A DNA stretch of 64,000 nucleotides from a virus (taxonomy: Duplodnaviria > Heunggongvirae > Uroviricota > Caudoviricetes), in IMG/VR virus record IMGVR_UViG_3300048599_000194, positions 64,001 to 128,000 of that record; one strand, written 5' to 3'. Each line of letters begins with the position of its first letter. Position 1 is the first letter of the stretch. Below the pieces are notes generated by a model. That model saw only the letters and a program-made list of their open reading frames with translations. It was not told the origin of the DNA and made no database searches. Shown in pieces: positions 37,328-48,307 of the stretch. Position numbers and translations under genes: made by a program.

Positions 37328-40300
37328 TCGCCTCCAATTTCAGCAACCTCGGTTAATCCAAGTATTAAATTAGATCTTCCCTTTGTAAATCTAGTGCCGC
37401 AATTCTGAGATCTAACTGCAAACATATATGGTAGCTTGAGCGATACTACATTATTGAACTCGTTTACGATTGCACATGAAGGGTCAAATGTTGCGTCTGT
37501 CGGATCAATCATTCCGAAAGGAATCGTTACGATGATAGTACTATTTCCAATTGATACGTTATCGTGTATATGACAGTAAGCGGAATCAATGGTAACGTAG
37601 AATGGCTCAAGTGAACTATTCATATCAGGGCCTTCCGGCATAGATTCAGATCGATTTGAAAAATTAATCTGATCAAGCATTACAGTTGAATAATCTCCGG
37701 ATCTATAGTTCACGTATGGAATACGATACCCTGAGAATTGATTGTCACTTGACACTAAAGTATATAAACCAGATATGCTAGTTGACGAAATTGTATAATT
37801 TCCGAGAGAAAACGTCGATATGCTATTGTTTCTATTTTTAACTAGATATGAAATAGGTTCAATGTGAAAATTCAAGGCTCCGAATACGGTGTCTATAGAA
37901 CTTCGTCTAACAACTGGAGAAACTTCTGAGATTTTACCGTTGCTGTTATATATGTTAGAGAGAGAAATTACTATCGATTTTAGTTTATTGTATTTAACTC
38001 CAATGACATTGGATAATTTTGTCGGAGAAAATGAACTACCACTAGACTCTATTATTGAAGTAATGTCGCCTTGATTAGATTCAACATACACCCTTCTATC
38101 TGTGAGATCTTCCGCATTTGTTAGTGTGAAATCTCCGCCATCGACTGAACTTAAAACGAAATTTGAGAAGAAACTTCCGTATTCATAATAATTAGCTCCA
38201 ATATAATCAACAACTGCACCAGTTAAATCATATTTTCCGTTTGGTTGGGATTTAGTAACAATCACCTCTATTAAATCCTTAGCAACACCCCCAACGCCTT
38301 TGTCATAGTATACTATTGAAGCAGTGTTCCAATCATAATAGATGATTCCAAGAGAAGACAATATTGTCCCATATACACTATCTAATAATGTTGAATTCAG
38401 AGAGTATGTTACATTGTTATCTGAATCGCACACGTAAGCCTTTGTAACGTCATCAAAATTAACCAGTAGTTTTTTCATTATCTTACTATCGTTAAGCGAA
38501 TCTAAGTATTGCGAATATTTGCTATACGCATTAGTTAATATAGAGGAAGATACTTCTTTAGATGAATTAAATATAATGTCTTTAGTGTAATCACCAGATG
38601 CCAATATGGCATGGCCAACACTACCATCCCAGCTAAAATCAACCAGATCTCCATTTACTAGAAAATCATTACCATTACCATTATCCGTAGAGAAAGACAG
38701 TACATCAACTCTTTTAATGTCATTATATTCAGCCGTAAATTTTCGCAAAAATAATCCATGTGCATGCATTTCATTTGAAGATATTAAGCTACCTTTACCA
38801 CCAAAATAATAACCTAGGTCTTTTTCATGCACAGTATGAGTCCAAGTTGAACCAAAAGTTCCAAGCATTAATGCATACGATTTACCATTTCCATCTGGAA
38901 GTACGACAACTTTATTACACGAACCATATAATGCGTACATATTCCCGCGATATCCGCCAGCATCGCCATTTCCAGCTAGAGTCTGGCTTGCCGACGAGTT
39001 ATACACAAATGCCTTAACTACGCTACAATTATTTTCGAGGTGGAATAATATGTGAGTGTATCCGAATTCAAATTCGCAGAAATAGTTAGTAGTTTGATTA
39101 AATGCTCGTAAATGAGTGAACCATATATAGTCAACGGTATCGACAGTAATATAATCAACACTAACTCCGTAAATATACGAATCAGATATAGAATATGAAT
39201 GTAGCTTATTGAAGGCGACTCCATCAATTGAATAGTATACATTATATACACGATTAGAACCTGATATTTCATTTACAAATATATACATGCCATTCGGAGT
39301 AGAAATCATTTTTAATGATGCATTATACTTATATGGAGTAATGGCATCTAATCCTGTAGCAACAGTAACTAAACTAAATTTAGATGTAACTACTATATTG
39401 GATGAATCATAAGTAGCATCTGCACTCATGAATTCAATTCCATCGTCAACCAATCTCACTAGATAGGCTTTAGGTGAACCACTTAGATCGTTAATTGTAG
39501 TCGCGAAGTCATTTCCGCTAGTTTCTTCTACTACTTGACTCTTAATGTTTTTTGAATATTCAAATGCATATGAGCTTTCACTTATTGTTTTTGCTATACC
39601 ATCTGGATAGTAAATTACAGAAGGATCTATAATTGCGTCGGAAAGATGTTTAACTCCAGAAAGAGAATAATTTGCCTTTTTCTGTACATATAGATTTGGG
39701 ATTGTGACAGCACCCTTAGTAACTACAATTTCATTTGAAATGTCACCGTTAGAGTCTTCTATTCCAATATTAACTGAAGTTTTAGATCCAAGCGAGGTTT
39801 TTGTATCAGACGATAGTTTTAGAATGTCACCCCATATTGATGATTCGTCGCTAGTAAATGATAACTTTCCATAGTCATTGGACAATATTAAGCTATCGCT
39901 CGCAGTTAATGAAAAAGTATTAACATCTCCAATTTTTAGACTGTTTACCTTGAATCCGTTAGCCAGAAACGAAGCATCGTATCCACCATTTGAATAGATT
40001 GCCGCAAATAAATTTCGTACTACACTTCCATTTCTAGATTTTATCTTAAAGTCCTTACCTTCATAAAATTCAAGATCTAATGAGCCGCTTCGAATTAACA
40101 TCGAATATGTTGACTGTTTAGACGTTGATGTAGGTCCAATTGTTATTGCATTGGACTCAACATTGCTTGAATTCTTGCTATATTTGAAGGTAAATGCCGA
40201 ATATGCGCCATTTCCAGTGCCAAGTACAATGCTAGATCCTAGTAATCTAGAGGTTCCAGAAGAAACACCTAGATCAACTTTATTGTGATGAGCGTAAAAA

Positions 40301-40779
40301 GTTTCAGAATCAACGTAAAATTGCTTTGCGTTTAAGTTCAGAGACGAATCGGCATCTAGTATGATTGAACTGTTTACTAAATTTTCGGTGACATTCGTCT
40401 TAGTAATTCCAATTGCTGTGTCAGCAGATCCAAAACTAGTATCAACTAATATGCTGAGAGTGGTTGGATCTGTTGTGCGATATTTGGAAAACGTCCAACC
40501 GTTAACTGCCTTAAAATTCAAATTCCAGTACATATTCCTATATTGACTTGCACCTGGAGGTCCAAAGATGGAACTGCGAATAGCCGCAAATGATGGGACA
40601 GTAATAGGCTTTAAGAAAATCCCAGTTCCATTTGACTCTAATGTTGGAACTGCGTCTATCAAGTTGAATGTTACGGTATCATCTGCGGTTTTAACCCATA
40701 GCGAATACTTATCGAGTGTCTCGAATGCATTCTTAAGTGCTAAATCTAGTGTTGCTAACGCTCTCTGTTCATTAATCAT
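37321..40779 (-). CDS. Large S/T/G-rich tail fibre/spike-like protein
   Basis: 1152 aa; beta-helix-like S/G-rich stretch followed by a beta-propeller-like region (YYSIDGVAF Asp-box-like); late promoter plus SD. Confidence 0.55.
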   Translation of the reverse strand: MINEQRALATLDLALKNAFETLDKYSLWVKTADDTVTFNLIDAVPTLESNGTGIFLKPITVPSFAAIRSSIFGPPGASQYRNMYWNLNFKAVNGWTFSKYRTTDPTTLSILVDTSFGSADTAIGITKTNVTENLVNSSIILDADSSLNLNAKQFYVDSETFYAHHNKVDLGVSSGTSRLLGSSIVLGTGNGAYSAFTFKYSKNSSNVESNAITIGPTSTSKQSTYSMLIRSGSLDLEFYEGKDFKIKSRNGSVVRNLFAAIYSNGGYDASFLANGFKVNSLKIGDVNTFSLTASDSLILSNDYGKLSFTSDESSIWGDILKLSSDTKTSLGSKTSVNIGIEDSNGDISNEIVVTKGAVTIPNLYVQKKANYSLSGVKHLSDAIIDPSVIYYPDGIAKTISESSYAFEYSKNIKSQVVEETSGNDFATTINDLSGSPKAYLVRLVDDGIEFMSADATYDSSNIVVTSKFSLVTVATGLDAITPYKYNASLKMISTPNGMYIFVNEISGSNRVYNVYYSIDGVAFNKLHSYSISDSYIYGVSVDYITVDTVDYIWFTHLRAFNQTTNYFCEFEFGYTHILFHLENNCSVVKAFVYNSSASQTLAGNGDAGGYRGNMYALYGSCNKVVVLPDGNGKSYALMLGTFGSTWTHTVHEKDLGYYFGGKGSLISSNEMHAHGLFLRKFTAEYNDIKRVDVLSFSTDNGNGNDFLVNGDLVDFSWDGSVGHAILASGDYTKDIIFNSSKEVSSSILTNAYSKYSQYLDSLNDSKIMKKLLVNFDDVTKAYVCDSDNNVTYSLNSTLLDSVYGTILSSLGIIYYDWNTASIVYYDKGVGGVAKDLIEVIVTKSQPNGKYDLTGAVVDYIGANYYEYGSFFSNFVLSSVDGGDFTLTNAEDLTDRRVYVESNQGDITSIIESSGSSFSPTKLSNVIGVKYNKLKSIVISLSNIYNSNGKISEVSPVVRRSSIDTVFGALNFHIEPISYLVKNRNNSISTFSLGNYTISSTSISGLYTLVSSDNQFSGYRIPYVNYRSGDYSTVMLDQINFSNRSESMPEGPDMNSSLEPFYVTIDSAYCHIHDNVSIGNSTIIVTIPFGMIDPTDATFDPSCAIVNEFNNVVSLKLPYMFAVRSQNCGTRFTKGRSNLILGLTEVAEIGGDC

Positions 40780-40805
40780 TTGTCACCTTATTGGATATTT
40801 ATTGC

Positions 40806-42428
40806 TTAAGAAATAAAGCTACTCTCATCAATTACCGATTGACTCTCTAATATCCAACCAGAATCACTTGAATACGAGAATAGTAAAGTAACTTTTGCAA
40901 AGCTGAAGCCCTTTATTAAATCTGAAGTTATTTCAAATATTTTAGTTTTTGTTTCTGTTTCTTCGTTATAGTTTGCAAATAAGATTGAGCCATTCCACCA
41001 GCTTACGTCATTTCCCGAATCAGTGTAGTATCTCCCATCTAAGTTGTAGATTGTAATCTTCATGAAATCACCATCAGAAATAGTATTATTCGATGATTTA
41101 GTTTTCAAACTAAACAATGAATTATATGAATTTACATACTGAACACCACCACTAGTAATACCCCTAAATTCAGTGGCATCTAGCAACATTTTCCTATTAG
41201 ATCCACCTTTACTTAATACATATTCTTTGTCTGAAGTAAGAACTCCATCAACATCGTAACCTGCGAGCTTATATGGGGTGAATGGATTTACTCCAGTAAT
41301 TTCTTCTACTCTATTAGCTAATTGAAGTACCATCATTTGTAATTGCATAATAGTTTGCGACATTGATGCATTATTCATCATTTGCGCTTGATAGTATTTT
41401 GTAGCCTCGTCTCTAATTGCGTCGGTATATAATGTGTAGAATTCTGAGCTACCCTCAAGGATACTTGTAGATATAGTTAATTGAGCGTCGAATTCCCAAC
41501 CAGAAAACCCACGGTCGTCGCGAGTCTTATAGATGTCAAATGAAATATCATTTCCGCTACAGCTTGCAGAAGAGACTCCAATATCAATTACTGCAAACAA
41601 TATAGGATATTGTTCGTCCTGAGTAAAGATGGACTCCATAGATGCCATTGGTTCATAGAAGTCCTTAGGATCTGAGGTAGATCTAGAATCATCTCGCTCT
41701 GCATTTATCGTCAAGTATAATCCAATTCTATTAAACTTGAAATTTCCTATCGATTTTCCATAAAAATCAACAGAATTACCGTAATTAACAGAAATAGGGG
41801 GAAGGACCATAGAATAATTCATTATAGTTGCATTTTCTGCATTTTTTTGTGTAATTGGCCTGAAAGCCTTTATCGGAAATAATTTGGTATATTCACCTAG
41901 TCCTGGTACAGGGTTTGAACTTGAATATTTTAATTGAGGCGGTATATTTGCAATGGTTAGTTTACTAGTGACGCCTGAACCTTCGACATATCCATAAAAA
42001 GAGTGACTGGATTCCCCTGAAGCATCAAAAAATGTTTTTGCTTCTGTAGGCAGTCCATCATATGTGGTGATTTGATTTGGTTGAAGTACATTTCTGTTGT
42101 TACATTCATCGTATTCATATTGATAATAGTTACCATATCCTCTTTCTAAATCGGTAGATACTTTAGAGGGTGCAGGGAATTGACCCGCATACTTATCATA
42201 TGAGAATGGACTCTGCCACACGTTATAGATGTAATCACCTCTTACAATTCCATCAGAAGGCGACTGTCTAACCATTTCAGTCATAGCTGGAACTACTGGA
42301 TTTGCGGACCTCTCCTCCTCAGACACCCAAGCTAATGAGAAATGAGTAATAGATAATTTGAATCCAGGGCCAATCTCCTTGGTGAGATACGGCACTGCAG
42401 AATTTAATATGGCTGTTTTCATGCTCAT
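40806..42428 (-). CDS. Baseplate/tail-fibre attachment-like protein
   Basis: 540 aa; IGNFKFNRIGLY and ILFAV motifs typical of fibre-attachment proteins; short coiled coil. Confidence 0.5.
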   Translation of the reverse strand: MSMKTAILNSAVPYLTKEIGPGFKLSITHFSLAWVSEEERSANPVVPAMTEMVRQSPSDGIVRGDYIYNVWQSPFSYDKYAGQFPAPSKVSTDLERGYGNYYQYEYDECNNRNVLQPNQITTYDGLPTEAKTFFDASGESSHSFYGYVEGSGVTSKLTIANIPPQLKYSSSNPVPGLGEYTKLFPIKAFRPITQKNAENATIMNYSMVLPPISVNYGNSVDFYGKSIGNFKFNRIGLYLTINAERDDSRSTSDPKDFYEPMASMESIFTQDEQYPILFAVIDIGVSSASCSGNDISFDIYKTRDDRGFSGWEFDAQLTISTSILEGSSEFYTLYTDAIRDEATKYYQAQMMNNASMSQTIMQLQMMVLQLANRVEEITGVNPFTPYKLAGYDVDGVLTSDKEYVLSKGGSNRKMLLDATEFRGITSGGVQYVNSYNSLFSLKTKSSNNTISDGDFMKITIYNLDGRYYTDSGNDVSWWNGSILFANYNEETETKTKIFEITSDLIKGFSFAKVTLLFSYSSDSGWILESQSVIDESSFIS

Positions 42429-42462
42429 AGATGATATTTATTTGTGGAAATAAATAACAAGA

Positions 42463-44415
42463 ATGGATGAATTCTACGGCGGAAACGTATATAGGTACTC
42501 ATTAGAGCCTACTACTCCAAAAGGTCTACATAGATATATCGATTTTGTTTCGATGTTACCACCACACGTTCAAAATAGACCAGATCTAATGAAGATCGTG
42601 TTATTATTTCAAGATTATCTCAATGATGGGTATCGATTAATACCAGAACCAACAACAACTAGGACATATAAAAATAGAATAGAGGATATTTGCGGTCCTA
42701 GTACAGAGACTGCTTCATATCTTGAAATAGCAAGGCCATTAAACCACGACACATCAATGTATAAGAAGAGATTGTCTAGTGGATTAGATTATTCTAATTT
42801 CGGCAACGATGAAATAGAAGATTACTATAAAGAAAGAGATTTAGATACTTGGGCTATTGAAGAAACAGATATGGATGCATATAAAGAAAAATACCCTAAA
42901 TTACTATTTGGAGATAGCGGAGATTTATATTCATATTACAATGAACCTAAACAATATTTTGATTCACTAGCCTACTACACTAAAATGAATAATATAGTTG
43001 AGAATAATATTGGAAGAAGTGATTTATTCACTAATACATTTATGTATTTTAGTACTGCGTCGCAAGACCTCACCATCGGGTTAGACGAAAATTCTATGAC
43101 TCTAGATGAGATGAAGAATATGATACCAGTCGTTGGCGATCTACCAGAAATAATATTCACTTATTATGCGTGTGACTCTGATACATTTTTAATTGACTTT
43201 GAGAATTTTGTCGGAAATACAGAAGTATTATTTAAGGTTGAGTCTAGAAAAGTACCATTCTTTTATGGAATTAGTGATTACTTGGATCATAATAAAAATC
43301 CAGATTTCGCTTCTGATGACTATGTGACATTTGATGAGATTAAATCTAGCATCACTTCGAGTGCAACTAAATTCTTATATTCGTTTAGAGTTTCAATAAC
43401 ATTTAACTCTAGAAAAGATGGTAGCTATTTGATTAGTAATCTATTTAACCTTCTACCCTTATCTCCAATTGGCACATTCGCATTTGAAATTAGGCCAGAA
43501 AATATTCTAGATGTTTCTAATTTCACATTTAGTAGGATACCTTTTATAGGATCATCACTACTTTCCATTTATGAATATCAACACCCAGAAAGATTCTATT
43601 CAGAATTCTCATGGCAGAATGAATATCGCCACGACGCTAAAGGTGCATCAATTGCTGAGAAAATATATCGAATGGCATATACTAAAGACCCAAATGTATT
43701 TGACTATGAATATCTTAGATTAATATCTCAACACTTCGGATATTCAATTGAAACCGATGAATTAGAGATTAATCAAAATTCGTATTATAGAAATAAAGAA
43801 GAAAAAGAAGCAGTTCTTAGAAATCTCATAAAAAACACTCCAGAGTATAATAGAATGAAGGGCACTGATAGTGGAATAGAAATGGTTTTGCTTAGTTTCG
43901 GTTTAGTTGGTCGAATAGTAACCCTATATACAAGGGGAGATTCTAAAATACCAGGATATGCTGATTTCATTGACAGTCGGGTCGTTAGTGGAGATATTGA
44001 AGAATATGTGGACGCTGAAGGCATAGATACAGCTTCAGGATATAATGAGAGTGCAGTATCAGCCCAAATGTCAGAACAATTTAGAAGTGATTCTACTTTA
44101 GGTGGTAGCTCTGTATATGATTGGTATGCAAGTCCACACTTCAGAGTGGAATTTGATTTACTTAAGGATTATCTTAATGTGGCCAAGAGTAGTGAATTAT
44201 TTACAACTATAGCTAAGACTATTAAGCGAATAAAGCCTATCAATACGGTATTCCAGGGATTCTATGCGAAATTGAGTGCGGAATATGGATCGTTATTTAT
44301 AAATCCACCCGTTTGCATGAATAAAGCTAAATTGATACGATATGAAGACACTGGATGTTCATTTGAGGATAAGTGGAGCGAGCAATGCGCTTTGGAGCTA
44401 ACCCATGATAGTTAA
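42463..44415 (+). CDS. Baseplate wedge protein (gp7 / P2 gpI-like)
   Basis: F.SMLP..., YL.LISQHFG, YNRMKGTDSGIEMVLLSFG, IKRIKPINTVF. Confidence 0.65.
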   Translation: MDEFYGGNVYRYSLEPTTPKGLHRYIDFVSMLPPHVQNRPDLMKIVLLFQDYLNDGYRLIPEPTTTRTYKNRIEDICGPSTETASYLEIARPLNHDTSMYKKRLSSGLDYSNFGNDEIEDYYKERDLDTWAIEETDMDAYKEKYPKLLFGDSGDLYSYYNEPKQYFDSLAYYTKMNNIVENNIGRSDLFTNTFMYFSTASQDLTIGLDENSMTLDEMKNMIPVVGDLPEIIFTYYACDSDTFLIDFENFVGNTEVLFKVESRKVPFFYGISDYLDHNKNPDFASDDYVTFDEIKSSITSSATKFLYSFRVSITFNSRKDGSYLISNLFNLLPLSPIGTFAFEIRPENILDVSNFTFSRIPFIGSSLLSIYEYQHPERFYSEFSWQNEYRHDAKGASIAEKIYRMAYTKDPNVFDYEYLRLISQHFGYSIETDELEINQNSYYRNKEEKEAVLRNLIKNTPEYNRMKGTDSGIEMVLLSFGLVGRIVTLYTRGDSKIPGYADFIDSRVVSGDIEEYVDAEGIDTASGYNESAVSAQMSEQFRSDSTLGGSSVYDWYASPHFRVEFDLLKDYLNVAKSSELFTTIAKTIKRIKPINTVFQGFYAKLSAEYGSLFINPPVCMNKAKLIRYEDTGCSFEDKWSEQCALELTHDS

Positions 44416-46555
44416 TTTGCAAGAATCTAACATATACACCATTGGAAATTTAATAAAGAATTCTTCAGGGTCATTATCTATCCAGGGCGAAGTTAATAGC
44501 GCGGGAGACATCGCCGTTAGCGGAGGTAATAATACAATAACAACTCAGGAAGCTGAAGTATCATATTCCATGTCATGTAAAGGCACGGTTACTATTAACA
44601 ATGGGCAATCTAATGGTGATATTTACTACAAGACTGCATTGAATTTAGGATCGGCGTGGGATTCTAATCTATACCAGACTATTCAATTTAATTCATTACC
44701 GGGAATTCAGTCTGCATCTGACTTAATTGGATATCTAGAATATTTACAGTCCTTATCAACCACTGGAACTAGTTCATTTGCCTCTCCAGTGTATACACTA
44801 AAAGGGTATAGGACTAAGTCTGTGAATGTATATGAACTATCACAGGTAAATTTAGCTAATACGACGGCAATAAAAATAGGGCCTTATTCTTCATCCACTC
44901 ATTTAATAAAGATTAATTCGCCTTCAGTACAAGTGGTTATTTCTGGATTAATAATGGCTGCAACTGATGTTAAATCTGCACCGAAAGATATTATATTTGC
45001 AGTGAATTCCACTAGTTTAAGTATTACAAATTCAACCATTTTTGGAACGATTTATGCACCTAATGCAGACATTACAATCAATAACAGCATTATTCATGGA
45101 GCTATAATAGCCAAAAATATTACGTTCAGTGGAACTGGTAGTAGTTCAGTATATAATGACACGTTCGGTGGATACATTGAATCTGCAGTCGCACCTGAAA
45201 TCGAAGTGGGTCCATTATCAACGGTAGATAATTACAGTCCACTGTCAATTAGCATATCATCCAATGATACAATTCCGGAGTACTATGAAATTAGATATAC
45301 ATTAGACGGATCGATTCCTACAAGAGATTCAATACTATATACCGGGGAATTTGAGCTATATGTATTAGGTATAGTCACAGTAACAGCTAAAATATTTGGA
45401 AATGGAGTTGAAGATGGTGGAATTGCTTCACAAGTATATGGATTCAAATGCAAGACTGAAAATCCAAGTCTAGTTAGAGATACGCTGACTGGAAAATATT
45501 CAATTGCACATCAAGCGGGCGCGACGGTATACTACACGATAGACGGATCAACTCCTTCTAAGTTCTCAGAGAAATATGTGCAATCTGAATTTGAGAAAAT
45601 ATTTGCACATGAGGGAACATATCATGTCAGATTTTTTGCAATTGCTTCTACATGCGACGCTAGTGATTTTGTAGATGATGTGATTGTAGTTGAATTGCCT
45701 GATATTGGTACATATCCACCCTATGTCATAATATACAAAAACGGATCTCCAATATACACAATAATACCAACGCCAAATACATCTATTAACAATACCCTCA
45801 ACACAAAAAAAACTTACGTCTTTGGTAGAAAACCATCGGGAGAGTCTGCCGATTCTAGTGTAATTGAATTACTCACTGATGTTGATTTTACTATATCCGA
45901 CGTGTACAATATGACATTAAAAATGGCACCATATGCGGCAGGTGACATTATAGAATATTCAAAGAATGAAAGTAGCCCTGTTGGGAATATTACGTTTGAT
46001 GGTAATTATGTAAATATTAGAGATTTAAGCAGTAGCCGATTGAGAGCATGTTCTCATGTTGACTGGGATGAATATAGCCAGCAAATTGACTATACTATCT
46101 TATTCAGGACATCAGACCGCATAAATTTTGACACAACTTCATATTCTGATAGATCTGATGAAATTCTTGATTCCTTACAGTCAGGGTCTAGTTACGCAAT
46201 TGATATTGCATGGGTTGGCCCAGGGGTAGTGACTGATGATTTTGCAGTTTATCAAGCACTAATAAACATTCTCGCGACTGACATGCTAGATAGAATTTTC
46301 AATCCTACATTTGGAGTTAGTATTTCATCTAGACTCGCAGAGATACATACTCTTTCGAGTGGAGAGAAGATAATATCAGACCTTAAGGCTGAAGTTGAAG
46401 CTCAGGATTCGAGAATTAAGATTAACTCAGAATTATCTTACGCATACTTCGATGAGTCTATCGGGGCATTGGTAGTTGACTTGGTATGGGTTAATACCTT
46501 AACTAAGAACAGTGCGGCGTTGAAATATGCATATGACCTAGATACAATAAAATAA
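44405..46555 (+). CDS. Multidomain baseplate protein: choice-of-anchor-A-like beta-helix + 2 Fn3-associated (CHB_HEX_C-like) domains + C-terminal gp25/GPW domain
   Basis: IFGTIYAPNADI.INN..IHGAIIAK; IRYTLDGSIPT..S.LY and VYYTIDGSTPS..S.KY; AVYQALINILATDMLDRIFNPTFGVSISSRL. Confidence 0.75.
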   Translation: MIVNLQESNIYTIGNLIKNSSGSLSIQGEVNSAGDIAVSGGNNTITTQEAEVSYSMSCKGTVTINNGQSNGDIYYKTALNLGSAWDSNLYQTIQFNSLPGIQSASDLIGYLEYLQSLSTTGTSSFASPVYTLKGYRTKSVNVYELSQVNLANTTAIKIGPYSSSTHLIKINSPSVQVVISGLIMAATDVKSAPKDIIFAVNSTSLSITNSTIFGTIYAPNADITINNSIIHGAIIAKNITFSGTGSSSVYNDTFGGYIESAVAPEIEVGPLSTVDNYSPLSISISSNDTIPEYYEIRYTLDGSIPTRDSILYTGEFELYVLGIVTVTAKIFGNGVEDGGIASQVYGFKCKTENPSLVRDTLTGKYSIAHQAGATVYYTIDGSTPSKFSEKYVQSEFEKIFAHEGTYHVRFFAIASTCDASDFVDDVIVVELPDIGTYPPYVIIYKNGSPIYTIIPTPNTSINNTLNTKKTYVFGRKPSGESADSSVIELLTDVDFTISDVYNMTLKMAPYAAGDIIEYSKNESSPVGNITFDGNYVNIRDLSSSRLRACSHVDWDEYSQQIDYTILFRTSDRINFDTTSYSDRSDEILDSLQSGSSYAIDIAWVGPGVVTDDFAVYQALINILATDMLDRIFNPTFGVSISSRLAEIHTLSSGEKIISDLKAEVEAQDSRIKINSELSYAYFDESIGALVVDLVWVNTLTKNSAALKYAYDLDTIK

Positions 46556-46593
46556 CCAAAAAATACTAGCAATCAGCTTGAATAAATATTCGC

Positions 46594-48279
46594 ATGACTT
46601 CTAAAGTAGATACCTTTGGATTACTTATTAGTAATTTTTCATCTAAAACTCAGCAATCCGTCACTGATAATTTCACGCATAGCTTATCACTAACTAAATC
46701 TAGAATAATCAAAAATGGATTGAATCTCATTCCTGAAATTGACTACAGCGGAGCTAAACTAACAAAACAGTTAAATGCAATGAAAATTTCCACCGGAAGT
46801 TCTTACACTGCATATACGAATTACGAAAACATTCTAATTAAATCTACACCAATCGGACTATCTTTAGCGTCTAATGTTCTGTCATTCACGTATGAACTAC
46901 TGAATATTACCCAAGATCCATATAGTTCTGTTGCAGTTTCTCACGATAATTTTGAAAAGATTGATCCTAATTACAATAAGGATGAATTAGAATTTTCAGT
47001 TGCATTATCGGCAAATTATTCAGTTTCAATAGTATTTGCAAAAGCTCCTCCTGCTAGGAGGGTGAGATACCCAGAATTATTTAATGAATCAATCCATACG
47101 GCAAATAGCTTCTGGGACTATAGTGCAAGTAATTTAACTGACATATGTGAAAGTGATTTGCTTAAGGAGAATGAGCGCGTCGTATATTTGCGTATTCGTA
47201 GGGGTGGAAATCCATACACACTAACAACAGGTACTTTTAAGGATTTTGCGCTTACTTCACTTGGAATGGACGGTAGGTTTGTATTGAAGCGCGATGTCCT
47301 GGAATACTTAGTTTTGAAAAAAGTCATAATGGAAGCAGATTCTGAAGGATATTTACATAATGAATTAATGTATCCACTCAAGGATAATAATTCCGTAGTT
47401 GACATTAGTAAAATCAATGAACATAACAAACTTAAAGTAAAATTCAATATTGAATTAAATTCAGATGCAGGGTCTAGTCAAATAATCGCATCGATAGCCA
47501 GCGACGATAATGCAATTTCGTTAGCTTCACAATCTATTCCAATGCCATATTATTCAATATCAGACATCTATTCAAGTGTTAAAGTTTCATCTAAGGTGGA
47601 AAACAATGATTTAACTATATCCTCTCTCGAAATATATAGTGACGTTGTTGGTAATACAATAGATCCATTGGATGGAAGTCGATACGCCCCCCCAGTAATA
47701 TACCTAACGAAGGGAGTGTCTTTAGGTACTCCAATTGCTTTAGATTCGTCGGGTGTTGATTTGTATTTACCTTTAGATCTAACTTTAATTTTTAACGCAC
47801 TACCTTCACATCGAAATGTACCATCTAGCCAAATATGGATTTCATTGGATGGCGGCGATTTTATTAATGCAACGTCCATATCAATATCTGGAGTTGCTAA
47901 GTATAAAACTCATACTTTTAGGGCGTATGTTGAGGGTAGCGGTGATATTGAATCTAGCATAGTAGTTGAACGAAAATTCACAATATACCCAGTAATGAGC
48001 ACTCCAGTATTTTCGGTTAGTAATTCAAATGGGATACTTACAGTATCCGCAACATCTGAATTTGGAATTTTATATTCAACAGATGGAGCCTATCCTGATT
48101 ATGTAAATAGATCTAACGTAGCAATGTATACTGAGCCTTTCAAGATAGTCAAACGTACCGTCATAAAGGCAGTGTCGGTATTTGAAAATCAGTATAGTAA
48201 TGTCGCGGAATATGTGTTTGACCCGGATGAAATATTCACCTTAACTGCTACATTAGCAACCGTTACAATCACGGTTTAA
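46594..48279 (+). CDS. Virion protein with C-terminal Fn3-associated domains
   Basis: IWISLDGG and ILYSTDGAYPD..MYTEPFKI..TVIKAVSV. Confidence 0.65.
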   Translation: MTSKVDTFGLLISNFSSKTQQSVTDNFTHSLSLTKSRIIKNGLNLIPEIDYSGAKLTKQLNAMKISTGSSYTAYTNYENILIKSTPIGLSLASNVLSFTYELLNITQDPYSSVAVSHDNFEKIDPNYNKDELEFSVALSANYSVSIVFAKAPPARRVRYPELFNESIHTANSFWDYSASNLTDICESDLLKENERVVYLRIRRGGNPYTLTTGTFKDFALTSLGMDGRFVLKRDVLEYLVLKKVIMEADSEGYLHNELMYPLKDNNSVVDISKINEHNKLKVKFNIELNSDAGSSQIIASIASDDNAISLASQSIPMPYYSISDIYSSVKVSSKVENNDLTISSLEIYSDVVGNTIDPLDGSRYAPPVIYLTKGVSLGTPIALDSSGVDLYLPLDLTLIFNALPSHRNVPSSQIWISLDGGDFINATSISISGVAKYKTHTFRAYVEGSGDIESSIVVERKFTIYPVMSTPVFSVSNSNGILTVSATSEFGILYSTDGAYPDYVNRSNVAMYTEPFKIVKRTVIKAVSVFENQYSNVAEYVFDPDEIFTLTATLATVTITV

Positions 48280-48307
48280 TTAGATTTCTTCAATACTAAA
48301 TATCCAT

